In this document: piece after piece, positions 28,944 to 39,097 of the stretch
Numbering within the stretch: the stretch's first letter is position 1
Layout: each line of letters opens with the position of its first letter
From: Thermoplasmatales archaeon SW_10_69_26
Lineage (GTDB): Archaea > Thermoplasmatota > SW-10-69-26
Direction: 5' to 3'
DNA length: 64,000 bases
Assembly: GCA_003009755.1 (NCBI GenBank)
Contig: PXUB01000001.1
Coordinates: 64,001-128,000 of the forward strand
Position numbers and translations under genes: made by a program
The notes under the pieces: model-generated
Database searches by the model: none
Seen by the model: only the letters and a program-made list of their open reading frames with translations
Told to the model about the DNA's origin: nothing

Positions 28944-29756
28944 TCAGCCGTCGGTCAACAGCTTGCGGGCCTCGCGCCAGTCGCCCTTGCGCGGCTCGGT
29001 GCGGTCCTGGTCGGCGTAGAAGGCCTCGACGAGGACGCGATCGACGTCGGCCTCGCGCGTGGCTTCCAGGATCGCGTCGAGGTCGGCCTCGCCGGCGCCC
29101 GGCATCAGGTGATCGCGGATGCCGGCCTCGGTCTCGACGAGGTCCATGACGTGGGTGAGCTGCCAGGGATCGCCCAGCGCGTGGCCCCAGGTGTCCAGGT
29201 CCCAGCGGTTGCCGTCGCGGTGGGCCTGGATGGCCGCGTGGCCGGGGTCCAGGCAGAAGCCGACCTCGGTGAGCGGGTCGAGGAACGCGGCGACCTCTTG
29301 GGGGGTGCCCATCGGGGAGCCGGTGTTCTCGACGATGACGTCGACCTCGTCGCCGGCGCTGCGCGCCAGCGCTTGCAAGCTGGCGTGGGCGGTCTGCAGG
29401 CCCTCCTCGAGCACCTCGCGGCGCGGGTAGCCGCGGAAGTCGGGGGCCTCGACGTGGAACACGATGTAGCTGGCCTCGGCGGTGCGGGCGATCGCCAGGC
29501 AATCCTGGGCGATCTCGCGAGCGGCCCGCGCCAGCGGCTCGCGGGGATGAGCCAAGGCCTGGGTCCGCCAGGGGGCGTGGATGCCCAGCCCGACACCCAG
29601 CTCGTCGCAGGTGTCGGCCAGGTCCGTCGGGTCGAGCCCGTCCGGCCAGGGTGCATCGAGGGAGAGTTCGACGAAGTCGTAGCCCGTCTCGGCCGCCAGC
29701 TCGAGCCCCTGGCGGGGCTGGCCGGCACCGATCCACCACGGCAAACCGAGCTGCAC
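28944..29756 (-). CDS. sugar phosphate isomerase/epimerase (AP endonuclease 2 TIM barrel)
   Basis: GYDFVEL, IHAPW, IVENT, CLDPGHA, DHL.PG.G. Confidence 0.85.
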   Translation of the reverse strand: MQLGLPWWIGAGQPRQGLELAAETGYDFVELSLDAPWPDGLDPTDLADTCDELGVGLGIHAPWRTQALAHPREPLARAAREIAQDCLAIARTAEASYIVFHVEAPDFRGYPRREVLEEGLQTAHASLQALARSAGDEVDVIVENTGSPMGTPQEVAAFLDPLTEVGFCLDPGHAAIQAHRDGNRWDLDTWGHALGDPWQLTHVMDLVETEAGIRDHLMPGAGEADLDAILEATREADVDRVLVEAFYADQDRTEPRKGDWREARKLLTDG

Positions 29757-29902
29757 ACCTCACGAACGCGGACGTGCGTGAAAAGCCAACGGGTGGGGAG
29801 GGGGGCCATAGGGAAGCTCAGCGCTTCGCCCGTCAATCATCCACAACGCGGATGTGAATCTTCTCGAAGGGACGCTTTTACCTCTGTATGTTCTAGATTC
29901 GA

Positions 29903-30097
29903 ATGGGAAAACGAACGGTGGATCGGAGAGTTACTTTCGGGACCCTACTGGGTTTGGCGCTGATCGTGGCCGCTCTTCCCGCCGGCCTGGCAGACGCACT
30001 GACGTGCTCGACCAGCATGCCAGGATGCGAAATGGATCTCCTTCCATCCACAGGCACCGTAGAATCGGAGGTTCGCGTAGACCGGTATCGGGATTGA
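29903..30097 (+). CDS. small secreted hypothetical protein or gene fragment
   Basis: Signal-peptide-like N-terminus. Confidence 0.35.
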   Translation: MGKRTVDRRVTFGTLLGLALIVAALPAGLADALTCSTSMPGCEMDLLPSTGTVESEVRVDRYRD

Positions 30098-30180
30098 CCG
30101 GCGAAACAGACTGACGTAAGAGGGGGCGGGCCCCCCACTTAGACCCTCCAAAGATAGCCCACATCACTGGAAGACGGATC

Positions 30181-31443
30181 ATGTCATCGCCGCGAACTGT
30201 CGTGTTCCTGGCCGTATTCAGCCTCACCCTGGGTTCGATCATCCCCACCGCGATCGCGGTGAACCCGACGGACGACGATGCCGGATCTGGAGGCGATGCA
30301 GGCGATCGACCTGAGGCCGCGACCCGCATCCAGCCTGGCGTCTACGAGGGGGAGACGAGCCCACCGATGGACGAGTACGATTGGTACGAGTTCCACGCCG
30401 AACGAGGGGAGGGGCTGACGATCCAAGCCTCGAACTTGGCGAGCAGTCAACGATTGTCTCTCTACGATCCCAGCGGAACTGAGAGGGTTGAGCTCTCCAG
30501 GTTCGACAGCACCCGGACGATCACCGTCCACGAGGCGGGCGTCTGGCAGGTCGAGATCCGTCAGAGCCGGTACAGCCTCAGCCCTCCGAGCGAGTACGCG
30601 TTCTCGGTCCGCTTGGAACCGCAGGAGGCCTTCGCGGTCGGGGAGGAGCTTCCCGGCGGTAGCGTCGTGGAAGCCTCGGTGGATCGACCGGCCTCGATGA
30701 ACCTGCAGGCGTTCGCGTGCGCTCGGCAAGGCCCAGGCGTCGGCCCCGAGAGCGCCGGCTACCAGTTCTCCGTGAACGCCACTGTCGACGGACAAACAGG
30801 CACCCTCATGCTCATCGGGTTCATCGGTTCGTCTGGCACAGACGAGGCGGTGTTCGTGGACGGTCCCCTCGCAGGGAGCATAGAGCTCCCTCTCGAGGTT
30901 GATCTGGACCGCTTCGGCCACTGCATCGGGGTCATATTCAGCGGGGATGTGGATCGCGCTCTCGTGCGGGGAGGGGTCTTCGCTCTCCACGCCGACACCG
31001 ACTCGATCCTCTCCTTCGGCACCAACCGGACCGCCGAAACCCGGTCGTTCGCGACCGACGAGGTCGTCCGCTGGGACGGAGCCTCCAACAGCACCCGGGT
31101 CCGCGGCCCTGGCGTGAACGTAGCCGACGACCGTTCCACCGAGCGAGCTCTCCCGGAGGGCTTCTTCGGTCGCTTCTCCACCTACGGCTCGGGGGGTTGG
31201 GTCGAGACACCCGACGGTTCACGGATCCAGATCGATGAAGGGGAAGGCGGGATCGCGTTGGCTTCGCAGCCGTCGGGGGAATGGCGGTTCCACGTCGATC
31301 GGTCCGTCTCGGTCGTTGCTGCCGACCGCTCCTACCTGATCGGTGCCCGATTGCCAGCACTGGGTCTTGCCGAGCCTGTCACCGTCCTCACCGAGCCAGA
31401 CCCCTGCCCCAGCGCCGAATGCCGGTTGACGATAGGGATCTGA
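30181..31443 (+). CDS. secreted protein with pre-peptidase (PPC)-like N-terminal domain
   Basis: Signal peptide; DDAGSGGDAGD, DEYDWYEF, LSLYDPSG. Confidence 0.7.
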   Translation: MSSPRTVVFLAVFSLTLGSIIPTAIAVNPTDDDAGSGGDAGDRPEAATRIQPGVYEGETSPPMDEYDWYEFHAERGEGLTIQASNLASSQRLSLYDPSGTERVELSRFDSTRTITVHEAGVWQVEIRQSRYSLSPPSEYAFSVRLEPQEAFAVGEELPGGSVVEASVDRPASMNLQAFACARQGPGVGPESAGYQFSVNATVDGQTGTLMLIGFIGSSGTDEAVFVDGPLAGSIELPLEVDLDRFGHCIGVIFSGDVDRALVRGGVFALHADTDSILSFGTNRTAETRSFATDEVVRWDGASNSTRVRGPGVNVADDRSTERALPEGFFGRFSTYGSGGWVETPDGSRIQIDEGEGGIALASQPSGEWRFHVDRSVSVVAADRSYLIGARLPALGLAEPVTVLTEPDPCPSAECRLTIGI

Positions 31444-31473
31444 GTCGGGCTCGTTCGCCGGGCAGTCGGCCCG

Positions 31474-32184
31474 CTATTCCTCGTCGACCTCGACGGGGAC
31501 GCCTTGCACCTTGGCGCCGGCGGGCACGTGGCCGTCTTTCGGGACGACGCTGCCGGCCCCGACGACGGCGCCCTCGCCGATGTGGGCGCCGGGGAACACG
31601 ATGGCGCCCTCGCCGATCGCAGCGCCGTCCTCGATCACGACCTCGTCGATGTAGAGGTCGTTGCCTTGACCGGCGTGGGCCATGACGACGGCGCTGCCGC
31701 CGATCACGACGCCGTCACCGATGGTGAGCAGATTGAGGTCGTACACCTGGGGCGTGTTGATGACGACGCCCTTGCCGACCTCGGCCCCCATCGCTCGATA
31801 GAACAGGATGTTGAACCGCGTGGTGCGGGTGAAGGGCAAGAACAGGTAGCGGGCGATCATCACGAGCAGGTTGTAGATGAAGAACTTCGTGACGGCCCAC
31901 GAGCGCAGGTCCCTCTCGCCCTCGGGGACCGAGATCCGGAAGACGTTGCGGACGAGCGCGATCGTCGTCAACAGGACAAGGCCCCACGCGATGAAGGTGA
32001 GGAAGCCGAGACCGCCGACGGCCGCGCCTCGGGCGATCGGGTGCAGACCGGTGACCCAGCCCCACCACCAGCTGGCCAGCGGCCACACGACGGCGGTGGC
32101 TGCCCCGATGACGAGCGCCGAGATGCCGTAGCCGAGCATCGCCGGCGTGTTGTACATGACGACCTTGTTCAGGCGCCGCAGCAA
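31474..32184 (-). CDS. membrane-anchored hexapeptide-repeat acyltransferase
   Basis: N-terminal TM helices; IGDGVVIG, IEDGAAIG, IGEGAVVGAGSVV repeats. Confidence 0.85.
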   Translation of the reverse strand: MLRRLNKVVMYNTPAMLGYGISALVIGAATAVVWPLASWWWGWVTGLHPIARGAAVGGLGFLTFIAWGLVLLTTIALVRNVFRISVPEGERDLRSWAVTKFFIYNLLVMIARYLFLPFTRTTRFNILFYRAMGAEVGKGVVINTPQVYDLNLLTIGDGVVIGGSAVVMAHAGQGNDLYIDEVVIEDGAAIGEGAIVFPGAHIGEGAVVGAGSVVPKDGHVPAGAKVQGVPVEVDEE

Positions 32185-32264
32185 CGCGCCGGCCAGCCTG
32201 GCTTGCCCGGAAAAGGTTAGCCCGTCCCCGTCAGCGTTTTCCGGTCGAGCCCGGTGCAGGGCCC

Positions 32265-33113
32265 GTGTCCGAGCGCCCGATCGACCTGCAGACGCACTCC
32301 GTGCACTCGGATGGCACGCTCACGCCGACCGAGATCGTCGAACGCGCCGCCGAGACGGACCTGGCCGCCGTCGCGCTCACCGACCACGACACGACCAGCG
32401 GCTTGGAGGCCTTCGAGCAGGCGGGCGAGGATCGCGACGTCGAGACGGTGCCGGGCGTCGAGCTGTCGGCCCGCGTCGGTCGTCAGGACGTCGACATCCT
32501 CGGCTACTTCGTCGACCCGGACGACGAGACCTTGCAGGAGGTCATGGAGAAGGCTCGTCGGTTCCGGCGCGAGCGGGCGCCCGAGATGATCGAGCGGTTG
32601 GCGGAGGTGGGCGCGCCGATCGAGATCGAGGCCGTCGAGGAGCACGCCGGCGAGGCCGCGATCGGTCGCCCGCACATCGCGCAAGCCCTCGTCGATGCGG
32701 GCCACGTCGACGACGTGGACGAGGCCTTCGCCGAGCTGATCGGCGAGGAGCAGCCCGGCTGTGTACCCAAGGAGCGGCTGGATCCGCCCGAGGCGATCGG
32801 CGCGATCCACTCGGCGCATGGCGTGGCCGTGCTGGCGCATCCCTCGCACATCCACCCGGCCGCGTTCGGGCGCATCCTCGAGGTCCTGTTCGAGGCGGGG
32901 GTCGACGGGATCGAGGTCTGGCACAGCGACCACGACCGCAACCACGAGCAGTTCTTCGGCCAGCAGGCCGCCAAGCACGGGCTCGTCAAGACCGGCGGCT
33001 CGGACTTCCACGGCGACAACAAGCCCGACATCGCGCTCGGCGAGGGCCGCGGCGACCTGGGCGTGCCCTACGAGTCGCTGGAACGACTGCGCCAGCGCGC
33101 GGGTTCGGAGTGA
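32265..33113 (+). CDS. PHP-domain phosphoesterase (TrpH/YciV-like)
   Basis: DLQTHSVHSDG, ALTDHDT, GRPHIA, LAHP, TGGSDFHG. Confidence 0.9.
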   Translation: MSERPIDLQTHSVHSDGTLTPTEIVERAAETDLAAVALTDHDTTSGLEAFEQAGEDRDVETVPGVELSARVGRQDVDILGYFVDPDDETLQEVMEKARRFRRERAPEMIERLAEVGAPIEIEAVEEHAGEAAIGRPHIAQALVDAGHVDDVDEAFAELIGEEQPGCVPKERLDPPEAIGAIHSAHGVAVLAHPSHIHPAAFGRILEVLFEAGVDGIEVWHSDHDRNHEQFFGQQAAKHGLVKTGGSDFHGDNKPDIALGEGRGDLGVPYESLERLRQRAGSE

Positions 33114-33117
33114 GGGC

Positions 33118-34074
33118 TCAGATCACTTCCTCGGCCATCCACTCGGCCGTGGTGCGCACGGCCTCGTCGCTGGTGAGCTCGGGCTCCCAGCCGAGCTTCT
33201 CGAGCGTGGGGATGGCCAACCGCATCTTCTTGACGTCGCCCTTCCATCCGCCGCCGCCCTCGACGCCGCCGGTGTACTCGTAGTCGACGTCCTCGAGGCC
33301 CATCGCCTCGCACACGAGGTCGGCGATGTCGGTGACGCTGGTCCAGGACTCGGTCCCGACGTTGACGATCTCGGCCCGCTCTCGGCCCTCCCACGCCTGG
33401 AGGGCGAACACGGCGTCGACCATGTCGTCGATGTGGCAGTAGGATTTCTCCTGGCTGCCGTCGCCGAGGATCTCGAGCGTCGTCGGGTCGTCCTCGAGCT
33501 TGTGCACGAAGTCGTAGACGACGCCGTGCGTGAGGCGGGGGCCGAGGATGTTGGCGAACCGGTAGACGATCGCGTCGAAGTCGAAGGTGTGGGCGTGCCC
33601 GCTGACGATCGCCTCACCGGCGAGCTTGGAGGCGCCGTACGTGCTGATCGGCTTCATCGGGCCGTAGTCCTCGGGTGTCGGGAACTGCTCGACCTCGCCG
33701 TACACCGTCGAGGTGCTCATGAACAACAGCTCGTCCACGGCGTCGGTGGTGCGGCAGGCCTCGACGACGTTCTGCGTCGTCGCCACGTTCTCCTCGAAGT
33801 GGCGTTGGGCGTGCTTGTGACCGACGCGGACGTCGGGATCGGCGGCGCAGTGGACGACCAGGTCGCAGCCCTCACTGGCGGCCCGGACGCGGTCGGCCTC
33901 GCGGAGGTCGGCCTCGACGAGATCGATCTCGCCCTTCGGCAGGAAGTCGCGGCGGCCGCTGGAGAAGTTGTCGTAGACGACGACCTCCGTGCCCCGGTCC
34001 AACAGCTCGTCGACGAGGTGGCTGCCGATGAAACCGGCGCCCCCGGTCACGAGCGCTCGCTCGGTGGAGCTCAT
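33118..34074 (-). CDS. NAD-dependent sugar epimerase/dehydratase
   Basis: VTGGAGFIGSH, STSTVYG, YGASK. Confidence 0.93.
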   Translation of the reverse strand: MSSTERALVTGGAGFIGSHLVDELLDRGTEVVVYDNFSSGRRDFLPKGEIDLVEADLREADRVRAASEGCDLVVHCAADPDVRVGHKHAQRHFEENVATTQNVVEACRTTDAVDELLFMSTSTVYGEVEQFPTPEDYGPMKPISTYGASKLAGEAIVSGHAHTFDFDAIVYRFANILGPRLTHGVVYDFVHKLEDDPTTLEILGDGSQEKSYCHIDDMVDAVFALQAWEGRERAEIVNVGTESWTSVTDIADLVCEAMGLEDVDYEYTGGVEGGGGWKGDVKKMRLAIPTLEKLGWEPELTSDEAVRTTAEWMAEEVI

Positions 34075-34739
34075 CTGTGGATCCTCCGCGTCAACAGGAC
34101 GGCGAACACGGCTGAAGCTATAAGAACCAGGGAAGCCCGAAGAACGACATCGAGGCCGAAGACGAACACGGCGGCGCGGATCGCGCCGGCGGCGTAGGCC
34201 CAGGCGAACGAGGCCGTGAGCGCGCCGAGCATGATCGCCAGCCACGCGCGCTGGGCGGGCATCCCGACGAGACGGCCCAGCGTGATGCCGGCGACGGCGC
34301 CCGAGCCCTGCATCGGGAAGAAGACGAACAGGATCAGGCCCAGGAACGCCGAGCGGTCGACGATCGGCTGCTCCTCCATCCAGGCTTGCCCTCTCTCCAT
34401 GAGCCGCTCGACGAGCTCGCCGACGAGCGGGATGCCGGTGATGAAGTCCCAGTTCCACGCCATCAGCCAGCCGACCGTCATGTCGATGCCGGCGATGTAG
34501 GTCGCGACGAGGAACGGCGAGAACCCGGCCGCGACGGCGGCGGGGATGACGGTCTCCTTGCCGGCGGGTGGCACCATGTAGGTGACCACCAGGCCGTAGA
34601 ACTCGGCCCCGCGGTAGGGGAAGACGACGAGGACGGAGGCGATCAGGCCGACGACGGCGGCCAGGGGCAACGCCAGCCGCAGCACGACACCGGTCCGCCC
34701 GCGCAGGACGCTGGGGAACTCGGTGACCTCGGTGCTCAC
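34071..34739 (-). CDS. small multidrug export-like membrane protein (COG2426-like)
   Basis: PPAGKETVIP, FVFFPMQGSGAVAG motifs; multiple TM helices. Confidence 0.75.
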   Translation of the reverse strand: MSTEVTEFPSVLRGRTGVVLRLALPLAAVVGLIASVLVVFPYRGAEFYGLVVTYMVPPAGKETVIPAAVAAGFSPFLVATYIAGIDMTVGWLMAWNWDFITGIPLVGELVERLMERGQAWMEEQPIVDRSAFLGLILFVFFPMQGSGAVAGITLGRLVGMPAQRAWLAIMLGALTASFAWAYAAGAIRAAVFVFGLDVVLRASLVLIASAVFAVLLTRRIHR

Positions 34740-35266
34740 GGTGAGGCCCCGTCGAAGTCGGCGACGATCATCACGTGGTCCTCGTGGTGGGGATCCAGGC
34801 TGACGATCTCCCGCACGGCGGCCTCCTCGGCGACGCGCTCGCGGGCCCGATCGAACACCTGCTCGGGCGGTCGGTCGACGGCGATCGAGCGAGCCTTGAC
34901 GGCCAGGTAGCCGCGCTCCGGTTGGAAGCGGTCGGCGTTGTCGAGGAAGATCTCGACCTGGTCCGGCTGGGCGACGTCCTGGACCAACAGCCCGAGCTCG
35001 GGCACCAGGGGGCCGTAGGCCTCGGGCTGGCGGGCGTCACCGACGACGGGGACGAGGTCGGCCTGGGCTTTCGCGCGCTCGACGAGGCGCAGGCCGGCGA
35101 CCGGGCTCTTCTCCACGGCGAGCACGGAGGTGGCTTGGCGAGCGATCGCGGCGGCGCGTTCGCCGCCGGCCGCGCCGAGGTAGACGACGGCCTCGCCCTC
35201 GGGGGTGAAGCCCTCGCCGCCGGCGTCCTCGTAGGCGGCCAGCTTGCCGACCGTGGCCCGGCTCAC
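34736..35266 (-). CDS. flpA: fibrillarin-like rRNA 2'-O-methyltransferase, N-terminally short
   Basis: YLGAA, AVE.SP, GDAR.P..Y, QDVAQPDQ, KARSI, LDP...DH; directly downstream of nop5. Confidence 0.85.
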   Translation of the reverse strand: MSRATVGKLAAYEDAGGEGFTPEGEAVVYLGAAGGERAAAIARQATSVLAVEKSPVAGLRLVERAKAQADLVPVVGDARQPEAYGPLVPELGLLVQDVAQPDQVEIFLDNADRFQPERGYLAVKARSIAVDRPPEQVFDRARERVAEEAAVREIVSLDPHHEDHVMIVADFDGASP

Positions 35267-36315
35267 CGGTCCGACCCCCGCATCGCTCGTCGGCGCCCGA
35301 CGCGCTGGATCTCGTCGACGCGGGCTTGCAGGTCGGCCTCGAGCTCGCCGGCGATGTCGTTGCCGGTCAACGCGTCGGCTCGGGCCGCGATCGCGACCTT
35401 GGCCGCCATCGCCCGCGCGATCGATCCGCGGTCGTCGGGGTGGGCCTCGTGGATCATCGGGTGCCGGAAGATGACGCCGTGCTTGGGCGGGGGGGCGTCC
35501 TCGGTGAGGTGCTGGAACACGGCGCGCTCGGCACCGAGCATCTGGATCGTGCTCGCCGGTTGCTTGGCCAACTCCTCGAGGCCGCCGGCGTGCTGGATCA
35601 GGCGGGCGGCGATCGCCGGCGTCGTGAGCTGGGCGATGTTCGGCGCCATCTCGCGGGCGAGCTCGGTGACGAACCGTTCCAGCGGTTCGCGGGCCTGGGC
35701 CTGTTGCACGATGCTGGCGGCCAGGCCCTCCAGGGCGCGCATCTCGTTCGGGTCCAGGGCCGAGCCCATGCCGGGATCGACGTCGAGGGCGCGGGCGATC
35801 GCCTCGCGGTCGTCGTGGCGGGCGACCAGGCGCGCCAGCTCGACGCCGTCGTCGACCTCGTCGACGAGGGCGGGCGCGTGCAGCCGGAACCACGAGGTCA
35901 ACCGCTCGATCATGCGGTTCTCGATCTCGTGGGTCTCGTCGAGGTAAGCCACCGCTTGCACGAGGTGGCGGCCCTCCGCGGACAGCTGGGCCTCGATCGC
36001 GGCCTCGGCGCGGTCGATCGCGGCCTCCTGGCGGAGGGCGGGATCGAGGTCGTGGTCGGCGGGTCGTTGGCGGGCCCGCGGGACCGGGCCCTCCATCGTG
36101 GCGGCGTGGGTCAGCAGGCGCTCGTCGGCGACCCGCACGTCCTCGACGCCGTCGAGCATCTGGCGCTCTTCGTCGAGCAGCTGACCGGTTGCGACCGCTT
36201 CGAGCCGTCGGGCGATGGCCTCGGCTCGCGCCGGGAAAAGCTCCCGGTCGACGAGGTCGTCGTCCTCGTAGAGGAAGACGCCGAACCACTGGGTGGCCAG
36301 GGCCCGCGAGACCAT
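35263..36315 (-). CDS. nop5: C/D box RNP protein Nop5
   Basis: APNI..L......ARLI..AGGL..LA..PASTIQMLGAE, PPKHGVIF.HP, RG.IAR..A.K..IAAR.D. Confidence 0.93.
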   Translation of the reverse strand: MVSRALATQWFGVFLYEDDDLVDRELFPARAEAIARRLEAVATGQLLDEERQMLDGVEDVRVADERLLTHAATMEGPVPRARQRPADHDLDPALRQEAAIDRAEAAIEAQLSAEGRHLVQAVAYLDETHEIENRMIERLTSWFRLHAPALVDEVDDGVELARLVARHDDREAIARALDVDPGMGSALDPNEMRALEGLAASIVQQAQAREPLERFVTELAREMAPNIAQLTTPAIAARLIQHAGGLEELAKQPASTIQMLGAERAVFQHLTEDAPPPKHGVIFRHPMIHEAHPDDRGSIARAMAAKVAIAARADALTGNDIAGELEADLQARVDEIQRVGRRRAMRGSDR

Positions 36316-36788
36316 CGAGGCGTCGAGAACCCGCGCGTGGCTTAAGGCTTCTCGTGACGGACGTCCTCCCCGAGGCGCGGAGCGGGATCGCTGGGGTTCG
36401 ACCAGCGGTTGCGGTCCGGCGGTCTGCACGCCGAGGATGCCTTCGCTGTCCTGCTGGACGCCGGCCACGCAGAGGCGGCCCCTGGGGGTCGTGGACGACG
36501 TCCAGGTGGTCGTTGGTCCCGCAGCGGGCAGGGAGCCCGCGCTGGCGTCGGCCCGGTGATCGCCGCCGGTGGCGTTCACCGTGCCCTCCAAGCCGTCGAC
36601 GCGCAGAGGCTCGGCGCCGGCGAGCCCGGCCGAGAGGCTCGCCGCCGACGACGAGCACCAGCCCTGCACGGTGACGTTGCCCGGCGGACGATCGCGGCGC
36701 GCCGTCGCGAGCGGTCCGCTGAGCTCGTCGAACCCGCCGGCCTCGCCACGTCGTTGCGAGATGCGAGACTACGAGTAGGGGACCCGCG

Positions 36789-37871
36789 TTGGCGGCCCGC
36801 GTGTACGGGGCGCTGAAACCGCTGTTGTTCCGCGTGGACCCCGAGCGCACTCACGGGTGGGCCTTGTCCTACCTGTCGATGGTGCAGCGGTCGGGGTGGC
36901 TGCGGGGCTCGATCGCCCGGCGCCGGCCGGACCCGAACCCGCGGCTGAGCGTCTCCGCGATGGGGATCCAGTTCCCGGCCCCTCTCGGGTTGGCGGCCGG
37001 GTTCGACAAGGACGCCGAGGCCCACAATGCGCTGCTGGCTCACGGCTTCGGTCACGTCGAGGTCGGCACGGTCACCCCCGAGCCCCAGGATGGCAACCCG
37101 CGCCCCCGCGTCCAGCGGTTCCCAGACCATCGGGCCCTCGTCAACTGGCTGGGCTTCCCGAACGACGGCCAGCAGACGGTGGCCGATCGGCTGGAGGAGC
37201 ACCCGCCGGAGGGGGTCGTGGGCGTCAACGTCGGGCCCAACAAGGACTCGACGGGCGAGGCGGCGCTGGCCGACTACGAGGATGCCGCCGCGCGGCTGGC
37301 TCGCTACGCCGCCTACCTGACGGTGAACGTCTCGAGCCCGAACACGCCGGGCCTGCGCTCGTTGCAGGAGCCCGAGCAGGTGGCCGAGCTCGTCGCGCGC
37401 GTGCTGGACGCTCTGGACGAGGCCGGGCATCCGCGGCCCGTGCTGTTGAAGATCCACCCCGACGCCGGCGGCGCCGAGACCCGACAGGCGGCCGAGGTCG
37501 CGGTGGATGCCGGCGCCAGCGGGATCGTGGCCGTGAACACCACCTCGGAGAAGCCCGAGGGCCTGGGCGACCCCGACCAGGGCGGCCTCTCCGGATCGCC
37601 GCTGAGCGGGCGCGCGACGCAGGTCGTCGAGCAGGTGTACGAGGCCGTCGGCGAGGAGGTCCCGATCGTCGGGGTCGGCGGCGTCGAGACCGGCGAGGAC
37701 GCCCTCGACAAGATCCGTCACGGCGCGACGCTCGTCCAGGCCTACACCGGGTTCGTGTTCCGCGGCCCGCGGTTCCCGGGCCTGGTGCACGAGGAGATGC
37801 TGGCGACGATGGACGATCTGGGCGTCGACCACGTCACCGATCTCGTGGGTGAGGCCGTGGACGGCGATTGA
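36789..37871 (+). CDS. pyrD: quinone-dependent dihydroorotate dehydrogenase
   Basis: GLAAGFDK, GTVTP..Q.GNP.PR, NVSSPNTPGLR, GGLSG. Confidence 0.95.
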   Translation: MAARVYGALKPLLFRVDPERTHGWALSYLSMVQRSGWLRGSIARRRPDPNPRLSVSAMGIQFPAPLGLAAGFDKDAEAHNALLAHGFGHVEVGTVTPEPQDGNPRPRVQRFPDHRALVNWLGFPNDGQQTVADRLEEHPPEGVVGVNVGPNKDSTGEAALADYEDAAARLARYAAYLTVNVSSPNTPGLRSLQEPEQVAELVARVLDALDEAGHPRPVLLKIHPDAGGAETRQAAEVAVDAGASGIVAVNTTSEKPEGLGDPDQGGLSGSPLSGRATQVVEQVYEAVGEEVPIVGVGGVETGEDALDKIRHGATLVQAYTGFVFRGPRFPGLVHEEMLATMDDLGVDHVTDLVGEAVDGD

Positions 37872-37964
37872 TGCCGCCAGCCCCCGTGAGTCGGCGGTTC
37901 ATACCAACCCGCCGCTTGCGAAAGGGTTAACCCAGGGCCCTGTTATCGCTGGGGCGGTGTCCCG

Positions 37965-38198
37965 GTGGCGGTGGGTTTCGTCCTGATCCACGCGAACACG
38001 GGTGAGGAGCACGATGTCTACAACGTCCTGCTGGACGTTCCAGAGATCATCGAGCTTCACCCGCTGTTCGGCGAGTACGACCTGATCGGCAAGGTCGAGG
38101 CGTCCGACTACGATACCCTCGGCCAGGTGATCACGTCCGAGATCCGTTCGGTCGACGGCGTGGAGGACACGAAGACCCTCACAGGGACCCGCTTCTAG
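37965..38198 (+). CDS. Lrp/AsnC ligand-binding domain protein
   Basis: GFVLI...G.E, LFGEYDLI, IRSVDGVEDTKTL. Confidence 0.85.
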   Translation: MAVGFVLIHANTGEEHDVYNVLLDVPEIIELHPLFGEYDLIGKVEASDYDTLGQVITSEIRSVDGVEDTKTLTGTRF

Positions 38199-38209
38199 GA
38201 GGGATCGCG

Positions 38210-38512
38210 TTGACGTTGCCCGTGTTCGGGAGCATCACGCTGGCCAGCTTCGCCTTGTTCACGCTGGGCTCCGGCCTGTTCACCGCCTACTTCGGCGCGG
38301 GCAAGTCCCGACGGATCGGGTTCGGCCTGGCCGTGTTCGGCCTGCTGGCCGCGCTCGTGTTCGTCGTCATCTCGTTCTCCCTGTTCCCGGACGTCATGGA
38401 GAGCCCCTGGAGCCTCGACGACATCCTCGTCGGGCTCGCGGGCGTCGCCGGCGCGATCGTCGGCGGCCTCGTCGGCCTGCTCGCCTTCCTCGGGAGCATC
38501 GTGCGCGCCTGA
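38210..38512 (+). CDS. hypothetical membrane protein
   Basis: GLFTAYFGAGKSR.IG; three TM helices. Confidence 0.75.
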   Translation: MTLPVFGSITLASFALFTLGSGLFTAYFGAGKSRRIGFGLAVFGLLAALVFVVISFSLFPDVMESPWSLDDILVGLAGVAGAIVGGLVGLLAFLGSIVRA

Positions 38513-38626
38513 TCGACCGGCCGGGCACGCATGTCTGTCCAAGGTTGGGTTCTTCATGCAGCACGGGGCAAGCCCGGCGCGGTGGTCCTCGTGCCCGAGC
38601 ATACCTCCGGCTGGGCCCTGTTCCGC

Positions 38627-38986
38627 ATGGAGAGCCTCTCGTGGTTGAACATGGCGATCTCCGTCGTCCTGTTGGCCAGCGCAGCGCTCGTCACGCTGCC
38701 CGCCTGGACGTTCTGGACGACGGTCGTCGTGGCGGCCACGGTGATCGTGTTGGAGATCTTCGACGAGTGGGCCGAGCGCCACGACCTGGCCGAGGAGGTC
38801 GTGGGCCCGGAGAGCGTCGTGCTCGTCGCCGGGCTGTGGTTGACCGGAACCGTGCTCGTCACCGGCGGCCCAGCCTGGTTCGTGGCCCTCGCCGCGATCG
38901 GGGGCGCGGTGATCGCCGCAGGCGCCGCGATGAACGCGATCGAGTCCTATCGCCTGGATCCGACCACACGGGGTGAGGAACCGTGA
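38627..38986 (+). CDS. hypothetical membrane protein
   Basis: Four hydrophobic segments; start uncertain. Confidence 0.6.
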   Translation: MESLSWLNMAISVVLLASAALVTLPAWTFWTTVVVAATVIVLEIFDEWAERHDLAEEVVGPESVVLVAGLWLTGTVLVTGGPAWFVALAAIGGAVIAAGAAMNAIESYRLDPTTRGEEP

Positions 38987-39097
38987 GACGACAACCGCCA
39001 AGACGCCGAGAACGTCGGGCTCTGGCCGCCGCACCGGCGATGGGTGCTTCGTCCGAATCCTTAAGGGCTCCAAGGTGTACCTGTGGGTGTGGGTAAG

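Noticed and set aside
36345-36785. N-terminal extension of Nop5 or a separate gene
   Set aside because: A TTAAG TATA-like box at ~36342 favours the 36315 start; the upstream reading has no recognisable product
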